A stretch of DNA of 64,000 nucleotides from an uncultured Actinomycetes bacterium. GTDB lineage: Bacteria; Actinomycetota; Thermoleophilia; UBA2241. The DNA lies in NCBI GenBank assembly GCA_963767005.1, contig CAVYCN010000018.1, positions 68,341 to 132,340 on the forward strand. Reading direction: 5' to 3'. The notes beneath the pieces are model-generated. The model saw only the letters and a program-made list of their open reading frames with translations, ran no database searches and was not told the origin of the DNA. This document shows positions 20,498 through 33,593 of this stretch, in pieces. The position numbers were made by a program, and so were the translations under genes. Numbering within the stretch: the stretch's first letter is position 1; every line of letters starts with the position of its first letter.

Positions 20498-21355
20498 TCA
20501 GACGTCCCGCAGGAGCGGGAACGTCATGCAGTGCGGTCCGCCGCCGCCCTTCAAGATCTCGCTGATCTCGGGGGCGATGACCTCGAGGCCGAGGGCGCGC
20601 AGCTTCGCGTTGACGTCGCGATTGCCGGCGAAGGTCAGCACGCGGCCGTCGCCGAGCGCCTGGATGTTGCAGTGGTGGGCGAGCACGCCGGCGCTGCTCA
20701 CCTCGATCAGCTCGAAGCGGCGCTTGGCCAGGGCGCGCAGGAAGAACTCGGGCATCTGCTCGACGGCGCACACAGCGACGCCCGGCGCCACGATGTTGAA
20801 GGCCATGTCGAGGTGCAGGTTGCGCGAGGGAAGCTGCACGCCGCGCACGGTGTAGCCGAGCGGCTCGAGGATCTCCTGGGCGTTGCGCAGCCCCTCCCAG
20901 TCGGTGCGCGCCACCACGCCGTGGGCCACCGTGGCCTCGTCTATGAGCCAGAAATCGCCGCCCTCCAAGGAGCCGCGGCAGACCTTGCCGATGATGGGCA
21001 CGCCGAGCTCTCGCAGCCTGGCCTCGTAGAGCAGCTCCTCGCCCTGGCGCACCGGCTCGCGGAAGCTGCCGATCAGCGCACCCTCGGCCAGACAGGCGCC
21101 GAAGTCGCGCGCGTAGACCATGTAGGGCAGCTCGGGATCGGGCTCAATGAGCTCGACCGCGACGCCGGCCTCGCGGTAGGCCGCCACGAGCTCTGAGTGC
21201 TCGCGGGAAAAGGCCGCAAGGTCGGGCTGCTCGCCGCGGGCCAGCACGCCGCGGGTGATCTCGTTGATGGGCTGGAAGCTGAAGTGGTCGGGGGGGCACA
21301 GCAGGACCTTGCGGAGCCTGCCCGTCGCGTTCGACACAAACAGCTGCTCGGTCAT
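20498..21355 (-). CDS. amidinotransferase-superfamily hydrolase (DDAH-like)
   Basis: About 285 aa, with a C-terminal 'GGGGPHCMT' catalytic Cys. GGAGAGGAG Shine-Dalgarno before ATG 21355. Confidence 0.75.
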   Translation of the reverse strand: MTEQLFVSNATGRLRKVLLCPPDHFSFQPINEITRGVLARGEQPDLAAFSREHSELVAAYREAGVAVELIEPDPELPYMVYARDFGACLAEGALIGSFREPVRQGEELLYEARLRELGVPIIGKVCRGSLEGGDFWLIDEATVAHGVVARTDWEGLRNAQEILEPLGYTVRGVQLPSRNLHLDMAFNIVAPGVAVCAVEQMPEFFLRALAKRRFELIEVSSAGVLAHHCNIQALGDGRVLTFAGNRDVNAKLRALGLEVIAPEISEILKGGGGPHCMTFPLLRDV

Positions 21356-21502
21356 CTGGGGCAACTCCTCTCCACCTGACGCTGTCGCGAGCGGAACGTA
21401 TCCGGCGCGGACGAGAGCGACAAGTGGACCTCTGCACCCGAAATGATGGATGGAAGGTGCCCTTGTACACCTGGTTTGATGCCGACGGCTGGCGGTGGTC
21501 GA

Positions 21503-22153
21503 ATGGGACCCGTGCAACGTCCCGTCATCATGTTCGACAACGACGGCGTGCTGGTCGATTCGTTCGACGCCTTCCTCGCGGCGTTCGGCGCGGCCTGCCG
21601 CCGCCACGGCCACCCCGAGGTCGGCACCCGCGAGCGGTTCCTGGGCCTGTTCGAGGGCAACTTCTACGACGCCATGGCGGCGCGCGGCGTAGCCGGCGAC
21701 GCGCTGCGCGCGATCGTCGCCGACACGACGGCCGCGCTCGACGCCTCACCGGAGCTGCAGCATCCCTTCCCCGGCGTGCCGGAGCTGCTGGGCGGCCTCG
21801 CCGCCCGCTTCGACGTTGTGGTGATCACCTCGAACGCGGCCGCCGTGGTGCGCGACTTCCTGGAGCGCGAGGGGCTCGCCGGCCTCGTGACCGACGTGCT
21901 CGGCGTCGAGACCGATCCGAGCAAGGTGCGCAAGATCGCCACGGTCACCGCGCGCTACCCCGGCCAGGCGCCGTACTACTACGTGGGCGACACGAGCGGC
22001 GACATGATCGAAGGCGCCGCGGCCGGAGTGACCCCGCTCGGCGCCGGCTGGGGCTGGCACGGGCCGGCGGCGCTCGCGACGGCCGGCGCAGCCTACGTCG
22101 CGTCCACGCCGGCCGACCTGCTCGCGTTCGTGACGGACGGCGCCGGCTCGTAG
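21503..22153 (+). CDS. HAD-IA hydrolase (phosphoglycolate phosphatase-like)
   Basis: 'MFDNDGVLVDS' and 'GDTSGD'. Confidence 0.7.
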   Translation: MGPVQRPVIMFDNDGVLVDSFDAFLAAFGAACRRHGHPEVGTRERFLGLFEGNFYDAMAARGVAGDALRAIVADTTAALDASPELQHPFPGVPELLGGLAARFDVVVITSNAAAVVRDFLEREGLAGLVTDVLGVETDPSKVRKIATVTARYPGQAPYYYVGDTSGDMIEGAAAGVTPLGAGWGWHGPAALATAGAAYVASTPADLLAFVTDGAGS

Positions 22154-22168
22154 CGCGGCGCCGCCGCC

Positions 22169-22888
22169 TCAGAACGAGGCGACGAAGTTCTCGACGAGCC
22201 GCCGGCAGAGCTCCCGCGAGCCCTCTACGATCGTCGGCACGCTCTCGACGAGCCCCGCGTAGAGGGCGGGGTCGCGGCGCGCCACTCCCTTGTTGTCGCG
22301 CCGCAGCCAGAACCGCAGGATGCTCTCGTCGACCTCGACGTGGAACTGCAGCCCCCAGGCGCGACGGCCCACCCGGAACGCCTGCACGCCGGGATCGCCG
22401 GCGCGCCGGGCGAGCACCTCGGCGTCGGTCGGCACGGTGAACGACTGGGCGTGCCACTCGAGGGCGTGGAACGGTGAGGCGAGGCCCCGCAGCAGACCAT
22501 CGCCGCGCACCACCTCGACCGGCAGCCAACCGACCTCGGGCTCGCCGCGCGCATACACGCGCCCACCGATCGCGGCGGCGAGCTGCTGCCCGCCCAGGCA
22601 GATGCCCAGGAGCGGCATGCCGAGCTCGACGGCCGCGGCAAGCAGACGCCGTTCAGGGTCGATGAACGGGAACTCGGCCGCCTGGTCGGTGTTCATCGAG
22701 CCGCCGAGCACCACGAGCCCGCCCATCCGTCCGAGCTCCTCGACGCGCGGCACCGTGGCCCCGGCGTGGAGCTGGCGTACGTCGACCGTCAGGCCGGCGT
22801 TGACGAGCGCCTCGTAGAGCGTGCCCGCGTGACCGGCAGCCTCGTGCTGCAGGACCACGACCGGCTCGTCGGTGGGCGGATGGATCAT
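22169..22888 (-). CDS. class I glutamine amidotransferase-like protein
   Basis: 'GICLGGQ' and 'FHVE'. The start is ambiguous (ATG 22888 or GTG 22921). Confidence 0.7.
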   Translation of the reverse strand: MIHPPTDEPVVVLQHEAAGHAGTLYEALVNAGLTVDVRQLHAGATVPRVEELGRMGGLVVLGGSMNTDQAAEFPFIDPERRLLAAAVELGMPLLGICLGGQQLAAAIGGRVYARGEPEVGWLPVEVVRGDGLLRGLASPFHALEWHAQSFTVPTDAEVLARRAGDPGVQAFRVGRRAWGLQFHVEVDESILRFWLRRDNKGVARRDPALYAGLVESVPTIVEGSRELCRRLVENFVASF

Positions 22889-23098
22889 GGTCGAAAGCGT
22901 ACCCTGCCGGGCCCTACGCACGAAACATAAGTTGTGACGGGCGTTTGCCGATACACCACCCTGCCGGGAGAGAGACGCTCGGCGTCCGCGCGCCGTGGCC
23001 CGAGAGGGCTCCTCCGGCGACGGCGGGCGCCCGGTGCTCTCCGGGGTTGGCGGAGAAAAGGGTCACGTTTGACGAACCGGAGCACGAGCGCGGGCTGG

Positions 23099-26863
<3,765 letters not shown>

Positions 26864-26966
26864 AGCCTCGGCGGGCCGCCGCCTCCGGGTCCCGGCAACG
26901 GCGGGCCGACGGCGCCGCAGCGGGCACACTAGCGCCACGGCCACCACGTCCACGAGGGCAGGGCAG

Positions 26967-27938
26967 ATGACAGACCGAGTCGGGCAGATCCTCTCCTGGT
27001 ACCGCTCCGAGAATCCAGGGGTCCAGGCCAACCTCTACCGCCTGCTCATGAGCGGCCGCCTGGCGGGCACCGGCAAGCTCGTCATCCTGCCGGTCGACCA
27101 GGGCTTCGAGCACGGTCCGGCGCGCAGCTTCGCGCCCAACCCGGCGGGCTACGACCCGCGCTACCACTTCCAGCTCGCGATCGACGCCGGCTGCAACGCC
27201 TACGCGGCACCGCTCGGCTTCATCGAGGCCGGCGCGGCGGAGTTCGCCGGCCGTATACCGCTCATCCTCAAGGCCAACAACCACGACCTGCTCTACACGA
27301 ACGTCGAGGGGCCGCTGCCGGCGGTGACGGCGGGCGTCGAGGACGCCCTGCGCCTGGGCTGTGTCGCGATCGGCTTCACGATCTACCCGGGCTCGGCCGC
27401 CCGCACCGAGATGTACGAGGAGCTACGCGAGCTGGCCCTCGAAGCCAAGGCCGCCGGCCTGGTCGTCGTCGTCTGGTCGTACCCGCGCGGCGGCGAGCTC
27501 ACCAAGGAGGCCGAGACGGCGGTCGACGTGTCGGCCTACGCCGCGCAGATCGCCGCCCAGCTCGGCGCCCACGTCGTCAAGGTCAAGCCGCCGACCTACG
27601 GCCCCTGGGACGCCAAGTCGAAGGAGGCGCTCGAGAAGGCCGGAGTGCCGCTCGAGACGCTGACCGACCGGGCGCGCTTCGTCGTGCAGGGCGCCTTCGC
27701 CGGCCGTCGCATCGTGATCTTCTCGGGCGGCGAGGCCAAAGGCACCGCGGCCGTGCTGCAGGAGAACCGCGATCTGGCCGCGGCCGGCTCGTTCGGCACG
27801 ATCATGGGACGCAACTCGTTCCAGCGCCCCCACGACGAGGCCGTCAAGCTCCTCCAGGATGTCATGGAGATCCACCGCGTGGGCGCCGCGCCCGGCGCCG
27901 TGCGCGAGCCGGCGCGCGACGAGGTCACGTCAGCCTGA
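26967..27938 (+). CDS. fbaB: class I fructose-bisphosphate aldolase (FbaB/DhnA type)
   Basis: 'GRLAGTGKLVILPVDQGFEHGP' and 'AYAAPLG'. Confidence 0.85.
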   Translation: MTDRVGQILSWYRSENPGVQANLYRLLMSGRLAGTGKLVILPVDQGFEHGPARSFAPNPAGYDPRYHFQLAIDAGCNAYAAPLGFIEAGAAEFAGRIPLILKANNHDLLYTNVEGPLPAVTAGVEDALRLGCVAIGFTIYPGSAARTEMYEELRELALEAKAAGLVVVVWSYPRGGELTKEAETAVDVSAYAAQIAAQLGAHVVKVKPPTYGPWDAKSKEALEKAGVPLETLTDRARFVVQGAFAGRRIVIFSGGEAKGTAAVLQENRDLAAAGSFGTIMGRNSFQRPHDEAVKLLQDVMEIHRVGAAPGAVREPARDEVTSA

Positions 27939-27970
27939 GCGGCGGCGACGTCGCTTGCTGACCGCCGCGA

Positions 27971-29374
27971 CTAGCGAATGACCGGACGGCGACCGGCGAG
28001 CCCCGCCCGGAATCGCTCGACGGCCGGCAGGTGCAGGTCGAGCAGGTCGGCGATGTGCGCCTTGGCCTCGAGCGGGCTCGGGTCGTCGTAGTAGCTCGCC
28101 TCGGTCTCGAAGATGCGTCCGAGGCGCAGCTCACCGCGCAGCTCGTGCATGGCGGCGTTGTCGGACAGGTCGCGCGGCGCGACCCCGAGCCGGTCGGCCA
28201 CGTAGCGTTTGGCCTGCGTGATCCTCATGCCCTTCGCCATCTGCATCCGCGCCACCAGATCTCCGGCGGCGCGCAGTCCGTTCATGCCGGAGGCGCACGA
28301 GTGGGCGACGTCCATACCGAACGAGTCGCCCGTGCCCACCTACAAGCCGTCCAGGCGGAGCACGTCGACGCAGGCGCGCGACACCCGCGAGACGGCGTCG
28401 ACCGGCGCGAAGGCGGTCATCGGCACGCCGCCCACGCCCATGCCGACGTTCATGTGCACGGGTATCTCGGCGGCGGCCATGCAGGGCTTCACGAAGGTGA
28501 GGGCGCGAGCCACGTTCCAGGGCGTCGACCTGCTCGTGTTGGTGTTCACCGCCGGTCCGAACACCGTCGCGCCGGCCTGCTGCACCACCGCGAGCTGACC
28601 CGCTGGCTTGAGCCCCGCCAGGCGCGTGCCGCGATACTCGAGCCGGCCGTGGGTGCCGAGCACGATCTCGGCCGCCATGCCGACCATGATGCCCAGGTCG
28701 GGGTGCCGCTCCCGCAAGATCTCGACGGTGCGCAGGGTGGCCAGCAGGTCGGCGTCGCCGGCGGCGCCGGCGGTGTCGAAGTTCACACCGTCGGCGCCGG
28801 CGTCCCACATGGCCTCGGCCACGTAGACCATGTCGGCCACGGCAAGCTCGACCGCCTCTTCCTGGGCGGCGCGCGCCTCGTCGATGCGCACCTCGGGCAG
28901 GAGCTGCGCCCAGTTGCCGCAGGGTCCGTCGGGTTCCGAGTACCGGCCCAGGTCGGGCTGGGCGCCGTAGTGCACCGGCACCGTCAGCCGCTCCTGGGCC
29001 TCCTTCATGTACTGCTGCTCGAAGGGGACAACGGGCTTGACCGCCTTGTAGGAGTAGTCGATGTGGAACAGCTCGACGCTGTCGTGGGCGAGCACCTGCT
29101 CGTAGGCGTACAGGGCGTCGACCCTGCTGCCGAGCTGCGGCGTGCCGGTGCCATCCTTTGAGAGCACGACCTCGTCGCCCACATCGACCGCCGTGAAGCG
29201 CGCCTGCGACGCGAAGATGTCGAGCAGATGGTCGAGCTCACTGTCGTCGAGCGACGCCAGCTTGCCGCGGGTGGCGGCGGCCTGCGTGCCCGCGTCGAGC
29301 TCGACGCGGATGGCGCTCCGGGTCGCCTCGACGAGCGACCCGTCGCCCATCCGCATCGGGACCTGCCGTTCCAT
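27971..29374 (-). CDS. mtbB: dimethylamine:corrinoid methyltransferase-like protein (MtbB-like), copy 1, with an in-frame TAG at 28340-28342
   Basis: ORFs 28340-29383 and 27971-28339 are in the same frame, separated only by TAG. It has the 'RMGDG', 'HIDYSYK', '[11 protein letters not shown]', 'MGVGGVP' and '...LRLDGL-TAG-VGTGD...GDLVARMQ' blocks. GGAGGTG Shine-Dalgarno before ATG 29374. Confidence 0.75.
28340..28342 (-). other. in-frame amber codon (candidate pyrrolysine) in mtbB-like copy 1
   Basis: Plus strand reads 'cta'. The reading frame continues on both sides. Confidence 0.7.
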
Positions 29375-29462
29375 CAACGTCACCTCCGCGGCGCCGTCGC
29401 CCCCCTGGCGTCGGTCCCGGGGATGCTATCGCAGTCGCAGGCAAAGCGGCAACGCGCCTTCA

Positions 29463-29519
29463 GGCAAGAAGCGAGGCGGGGGCGGCGCCTTCGGCGCCGC
29501 CCCCGCCTCGCTTCTTGCC
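29463..29519 (-). terminator. 27-bp perfect-stem GC hairpin downstream of mtbB copy 2 (no U-tract)
   Basis: 'ggcaagaagcgaggcgggggcggcgcc ttc ggcgccgcccccgcctcgcttcttgcc'. Confidence 0.45.
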
Positions 29520-29550
29520 GTCGCCGGTCTGACCGCCGCGCCGCGGCCTT

Positions 29551-30936
29551 TTACAACCCGACGCGCTGCTTGAAGCGCTCGACGCTGTTGATCGTGATGT
29601 CGAGCGCCTTGGCGATGTTGAACTTGGCCTCGATCATGCCGGCGTCGCCGGGACGCACCGCGGAGGTGTGAGGCAGGCACCCCAGCCCCTTCTCGATGCG
29701 GATCTGCTCCATGGCGATCGGGTCGGACAGGTCGCGTACGCCGCAGCCGAGCTTGTCGGCGACGTAGGCCTTGGCTTCACTCAGGCGCATCCTTCGGGTC
29801 ATCTGCATGCGTGCCACGAGATCTCCCGCGGTCCGCATTCCGCCCATGCCCGAAGCCTGCGAATGGGCAGACTCCATGCCCATGGCATCGCCCGTGCCCA
29901 CCTAGTAGCCGTCGATCTTGAGGATCTCGACGAAGGCCTTGGAGGCACGCGACGTGGCATCGGCCGGCGGATAGACGCAGGTCGGCACGCCGCCCACACC
30001 CATGCCCACGTTGACGTGCACCGGGATCTCGGCGATCTCGGCGGCCGGCTTGATGAAGGTCATCGCCCGGGCGATGTTCCAGGCGGTCGACTTGCCTGTG
30101 TTGATGTTGACGGCGGGGCCGTAGATCGAGGCGCCCGCGGCCTGCACCATGCGCACCTGGTCCTTGGGCCACATGCCGGCCAGACGCTCGCCGTCGAACT
30201 CGAGCTGGCCGTGCATGCCGAGCACGAACTCGCTCGCCATGCCGATCTCGATGCCGAGCCACGGGTATCTGTCGCGTAGCATGCGGCAAGCGGTGAGGCC
30301 GGCGAGAAAGTCGGCGTCGCCGGCCGCGCCGGTCGTGTCCATGTCGATGCCGTCGGCGCCGGCTTCGATCATGTGGTCGGCGACGAAGTTGATGTCGTTG
30401 ACCAGCATGTCGCAGGCCTCGAGCTGCGCGGCGCGGGCCTCGTCGACCTTCATGAGCGGCAGCAGCTCGGACCAGTTGTCGATCGGCCCGTCGGGCTTCG
30501 AGTAGCGGCCGAGGTCGGGCATCGCCCCGTACTGCACCGGGTTCGTGCAGAGCATCTGGGCGATCTTCATCGACTGGCCCTCGTGGGCCACGTTGGTCTT
30601 GACCGCCTTGTACGAGTAGTCGATCTGCCAGAGCTCGATCATGTCGATGCCGACGACCTGCTCGTAGGTCTGCAGGTCCTGCACCCGGTTACCGATGTGC
30701 TTGGTGCCGGTGCCGTCGTTGCTCATGACGACCTCGTCGCCGATGTCGACGGCGGTGAAGCGGGCCGACGAGGCATAGATGTCGAGCAGGTGGTCGAGCT
30801 CGTCCTGATTGAGCGGGTCGACCTTGGCCCGTTTGGCGGCCTGTTGCGTGCCGTCCTCGAGGTCGGCCTTGATCTCGGAGCGCGTCATATCGACGAGCGC
30901 GCCGTCTCCCATGCGCGTTGCGATCTTGGGTTCCAA
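29551..30936 (-). CDS. mtbB: MtbB-like dimethylamine methyltransferase, copy 2, with an in-frame TAG at 29902-29904
   Basis: Same architecture as copy 1: '...ILKIDGY-TAG-VGTGDAMGMES...GDLVARMQ'. TTG start 6 nt after a GGAGGTG Shine-Dalgarno gives 'MEPKIATRMGDG'. TAA stop. Confidence 0.75.
29902..29904 (-). other. in-frame amber codon (candidate pyrrolysine) in mtbB-like copy 2
   Basis: Plus strand 'cta'. ORFs 29902-30951 and 29551-29901 share a frame. Confidence 0.7.
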
Positions 30937-31232
30937 GCGCATCACCTCCACGTGCGCACGTTCGCGGGGACCGGCCGCCGGTAGCGACCGGGACCGGATC
31001 GGACTCGGATGTGCCCCGGGTCTGGGTCACGAAGGGCCACACCGGGAGCCGTCGGCCCATGGTATATCGGCCCTCCCACCGTCCGCCACCCGGGGCACCC
31101 AGGGGCCCGAGCGCGGCACGCCGAGACCGGGACGCTCGCTCTCACCCCGAGTCGCGCCGCATCACCCCCCCTCGCGGCGGTACGACCAGGGGCGCGGCAT
31201 CACCCCACGGCGCGCCGGCGTCTCGCGCATGC

Positions 31233-31634
31233 TCAAAGCCCCTCGAGATCGAACCGTTCGTCGATGGCGAGGCAGTGGCCGACCCCCAGCCGCCGTGCGA
31301 CCAGGAAGGTCGCGCAGTCCACGAGCGACGGCTGCCGTTCGGCGCCTGCCGTGTTCAGCTCACCGATCAGTCGCTCGACGGCGAGCTCGTGCTCGACGGG
31401 TCGGACCCACTCGACATCGAACGCCGGGAGAAGATCGCGCAGGAACGTCGTCACCGCTGCCACGCCCAGACGGCGTCTGAGCACATCGACGGTCTCGAGC
31501 GCGACGTAGTTGGTGACGATGAGCCGGTCGGCCGCATCGAGCTCGTAGGCGAACATGTGCCGCGTCAGCTCGTGCTCAGGATGGCGACCGTCCAGGAGCG
31601 CGACGAGCGCCGTCGTGTCGATCAGAGTCGCCAC
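31233..31634 (-). CDS. vapC: PIN-domain toxin (VapC)
   Basis: 'VATLIDTTALVALLD...IVTNYVALETV...VDCATFLVARRLG'. GTG start 1 nt after the vapB TGA. Confidence 0.75.
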   Translation of the reverse strand: MATLIDTTALVALLDGRHPEHELTRHMFAYELDAADRLIVTNYVALETVDVLRRRLGVAAVTTFLRDLLPAFDVEWVRPVEHELAVERLIGELNTAGAERQPSLVDCATFLVARRLGVGHCLAIDERFDLEGL

Positions 31635-31635
31635 G

Positions 31636-32088
31636 TCACTCGTCGTCGCGCGGGTTGTCGAGCCAGTACCGAGGCGCTCTCCGCTCGCCGGGATCACTGC
31701 CGCGCTGCGCATTGTTCCCAGGCGCCGGACCGGCCGCCGTGTCGAACCCGGCACCGGCCGCCATGTCGAACCCTGCACCGGCCGCCATGTCGAACGCTGG
31801 GTCGGGTGCGGGGCCGGGCGTCGTGCCCGGACCAGGCTCGACGTCATCGACGACGGCCAGCGCGCGCCGCCGGACGAGACGGACGAGCGACTCAGACCGC
31901 GCTACCTGGATGTCGAGAGCGTGCCGCACGTAGCCCGCCAGGGAGAGACCATCGAGCCTCGCCCGTTCCCGGACGGCGTCGAACTGCTCTTCATAGAGCT
32001 GCACGGTCACGCGGATCAAAGGCTGACCTCGCAGGTCGCGGAGAGACCGCGGTGCCGTGCCGATGCGCGAGGCCAGCCCGTCGCGCAC
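31636..32088 (-). CDS. vapB: ribbon-helix-helix antitoxin (VapB/CopG-like) with a repeat-containing C-terminus
   Basis: 'IRVTVQLYEEQFDAVRERARLDGLSLAGYVRHAL'. The C-terminus carries 'AFDMAAGAGFDMAAGAGFDTAAG'. Confidence 0.65.
   Translation of the reverse strand: MRDGLASRIGTAPRSLRDLRGQPLIRVTVQLYEEQFDAVRERARLDGLSLAGYVRHALDIQVARSESLVRLVRRRALAVVDDVEPGPGTTPGPAPDPAFDMAAGAGFDMAAGAGFDTAAGPAPGNNAQRGSDPGERRAPRYWLDNPRDDE
31729..31800. repeat. 24-bp x 3 tandem repeat inside vapB
   Basis: Three tandem copies of 'ccggccgccrtgtcgaacccbgca'. Confidence 0.7.
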
Positions 32089-32111
32089 GGGAGGTACGGG
32101 AGTGTGGGTGT

Positions 32112-32160
32112 GTGTGGTGCCATCATGCCATCACTTTCTGCTGGCATGATGGCACCACAC
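32112..32160. repeat. perfect 19-bp inverted repeat with an 11-nt loop in a locally AT-richer spot
   Basis: 'gtgtggtgccatcatgcca tcactttctgc tggcatgatggcaccacac'. Confidence 0.7.
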
Positions 32161-32267
32161 ACCCTCGGGGTCCCGCGGCTCGAGTGGGCCACGGGCTCAC
32201 ATTTGACGCGGGAACGAGGTCACGGAGCGCAGCTGGAGCGGTTGACGAAGGAGTGGGTGCGGTCACG

Positions 32268-32411
32268 GCGACGCGATCCTCGGGCGACGCGATCCTCGGG
32301 CGGCGCGGTTCTCGGGCGGCGCGGTCCTCGGGCGGCGCGGTCGTCAGGCGGCGCGGTCCTCGGGCGGCGCGGTCGTCAGGCGGCGCGGTCGTCAGGCGGC
32401 GCGGCGGGCGG
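32268..32411. repeat. 16-bp x 9 tandem minisatellite (gcgrcgcggtcctcgg variants)
   Basis: Head-to-tail units with no spacers. It overlaps the last codons of the 2-hydroxyacid dehydrogenase gene. Confidence 0.75.
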
Positions 32412-33417
32412 TCGCGTCGGCGGCGTCGGGCGCTATGCGGATCTCGTTGACGAGTGGGCGACCGGCCTCGAAGTCGGCGGCGTTCGCGAGCGTCGTCGTC
32501 GCGATCTGCTCGAGCGCCTCGCTCGTGAAGTAACCCTGGTGCGCCGTGATCACCACGTTGGGGAACGTGAGCAGGCGACTGAAGACGTCGTCCTGGATGA
32601 TCTGACCCGACAGGTCGCGCGAGAAGAGCTCCGTCTCCTCTTCGTAGACGTCGAGACCGAGCGCGCCGATGTGGCCCGACTTCAGCCCCGCGATCACGGC
32701 GCGCGAGTCGACGAGGCCGCCGCGGCTCGTGTTGACGAGCATGACGCCGCGCTTCATCAGCGCGATGGCGTCGCGGTCGATCAGGTGGGTGGTCTCCGGC
32801 AGCAGCGGGCAGTGCAGCGTGACGATGTCAGAGGCGGCGAGCAGCTCGGCCAGCGACACGTAGGTGACGCCCATCTCGCGGGCGCGCTCGCTCGGGAACG
32901 GGTCGTAGCCCAGCAGGACGCAGCCGAAGCCGCGCAGGATGCCGGCCGTCGTGGCACCGATGATGCCCGTGCCGACGATGCCGACGGTGCGACCGTTGAG
33001 GTCGAAGCCCAGCAGGCCGTCGAGCGAGAAGTTGCCGTCGCGGACGCGCTGGTAGGCGCGATGGATCTTGCGGTTCAGCGCGAGGATGAGCGTGACGGTG
33101 TGCTCCGCTACGGCGTGCGGCGAGTAGGCCGGCACGCGCACGACGCGCAGGCCCAGGGCGGACGCGGCCGCGAGGTCGACGTTGTTGAAGCCCGCCGAAC
33201 GCAGGGCGACGAGCGTCGTTCCGCCCGCGGCGAGCGTCGCGAGCGTCTCGCCGCCGAGCTCGTCGTTGACGAAGACGGACACGCCGGGGAACCCGGCCGC
33301 AAGCGGAGCCGTGTCGGCGGTGAGCCGCGCCTCGAAGAACACGAGCTCATGAGCGAAGCTCGCGTTGGCCGCGGTCAGGAACTCACGGTCGTACCGCCTG
33401 GCGGAGAAGACTGCGAT
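32392..33417 (-). CDS. D-isomer-specific 2-hydroxyacid dehydrogenase (D-lactate dehydrogenase-like)
   Basis: Aligns along its whole length with LdhA: '[15 protein letters not shown]...[15 protein letters not shown]...GIVGTGIIG...NTSRGGLVD...HQGYFT'. No canonical start codon at the aligned N-terminus; the nearest is ATC 33417, with a GTG 45 codons upstream. Confidence 0.65.
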   Translation of the reverse strand: MAVFSARRYDREFLTAANASFAHELVFFEARLTADTAPLAAGFPGVSVFVNDELGGETLATLAAGGTTLVALRSAGFNNVDLAAASALGLRVVRVPAYSPHAVAEHTVTLILALNRKIHRAYQRVRDGNFSLDGLLGFDLNGRTVGIVGTGIIGATTAGILRGFGCVLLGYDPFPSERAREMGVTYVSLAELLAASDIVTLHCPLLPETTHLIDRDAIALMKRGVMLVNTSRGGLVDSRAVIAGLKSGHIGALGLDVYEEETELFSRDLSGQIIQDDVFSRLLTFPNVVITAHQGYFTSEALEQIATTTLANAADFEAGRPLVNEIRIAPDAADATARRAA

Positions 33418-33548
33418 GCGCGTGGCGTCCTCGCTGGAGTCGGGCTTGCGTCCGACCCCACGGTTCCCCGCCAGGAGCAGGACAAACGCAATCGTCGCGG
33501 CGAGGCGCGATCGTCGCGACGAGGCGCGCCGCGATAGGGCGATGAGGT

Positions 33549-33590
33549 CGGCGGTGGGCGGGCGCCCATACGGGCGCCCGCCCACCGCCG
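33549..33590 (-). terminator. 19-bp perfect-stem GC hairpin immediately downstream of mtbB copy 3
   Basis: 'cggcggtgggcgggcgccc atac gggcgcccgcccaccgccg'. No U-tract. Confidence 0.45.
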
Positions 33591-33593
33591 CGA

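Noticed and set aside
32268-32411. CRISPR array. The same question applies to 51792-51966.
   Set aside because: The repeats are directly abutting with no unique spacers, and no cas genes are nearby. They are tandem minisatellites.
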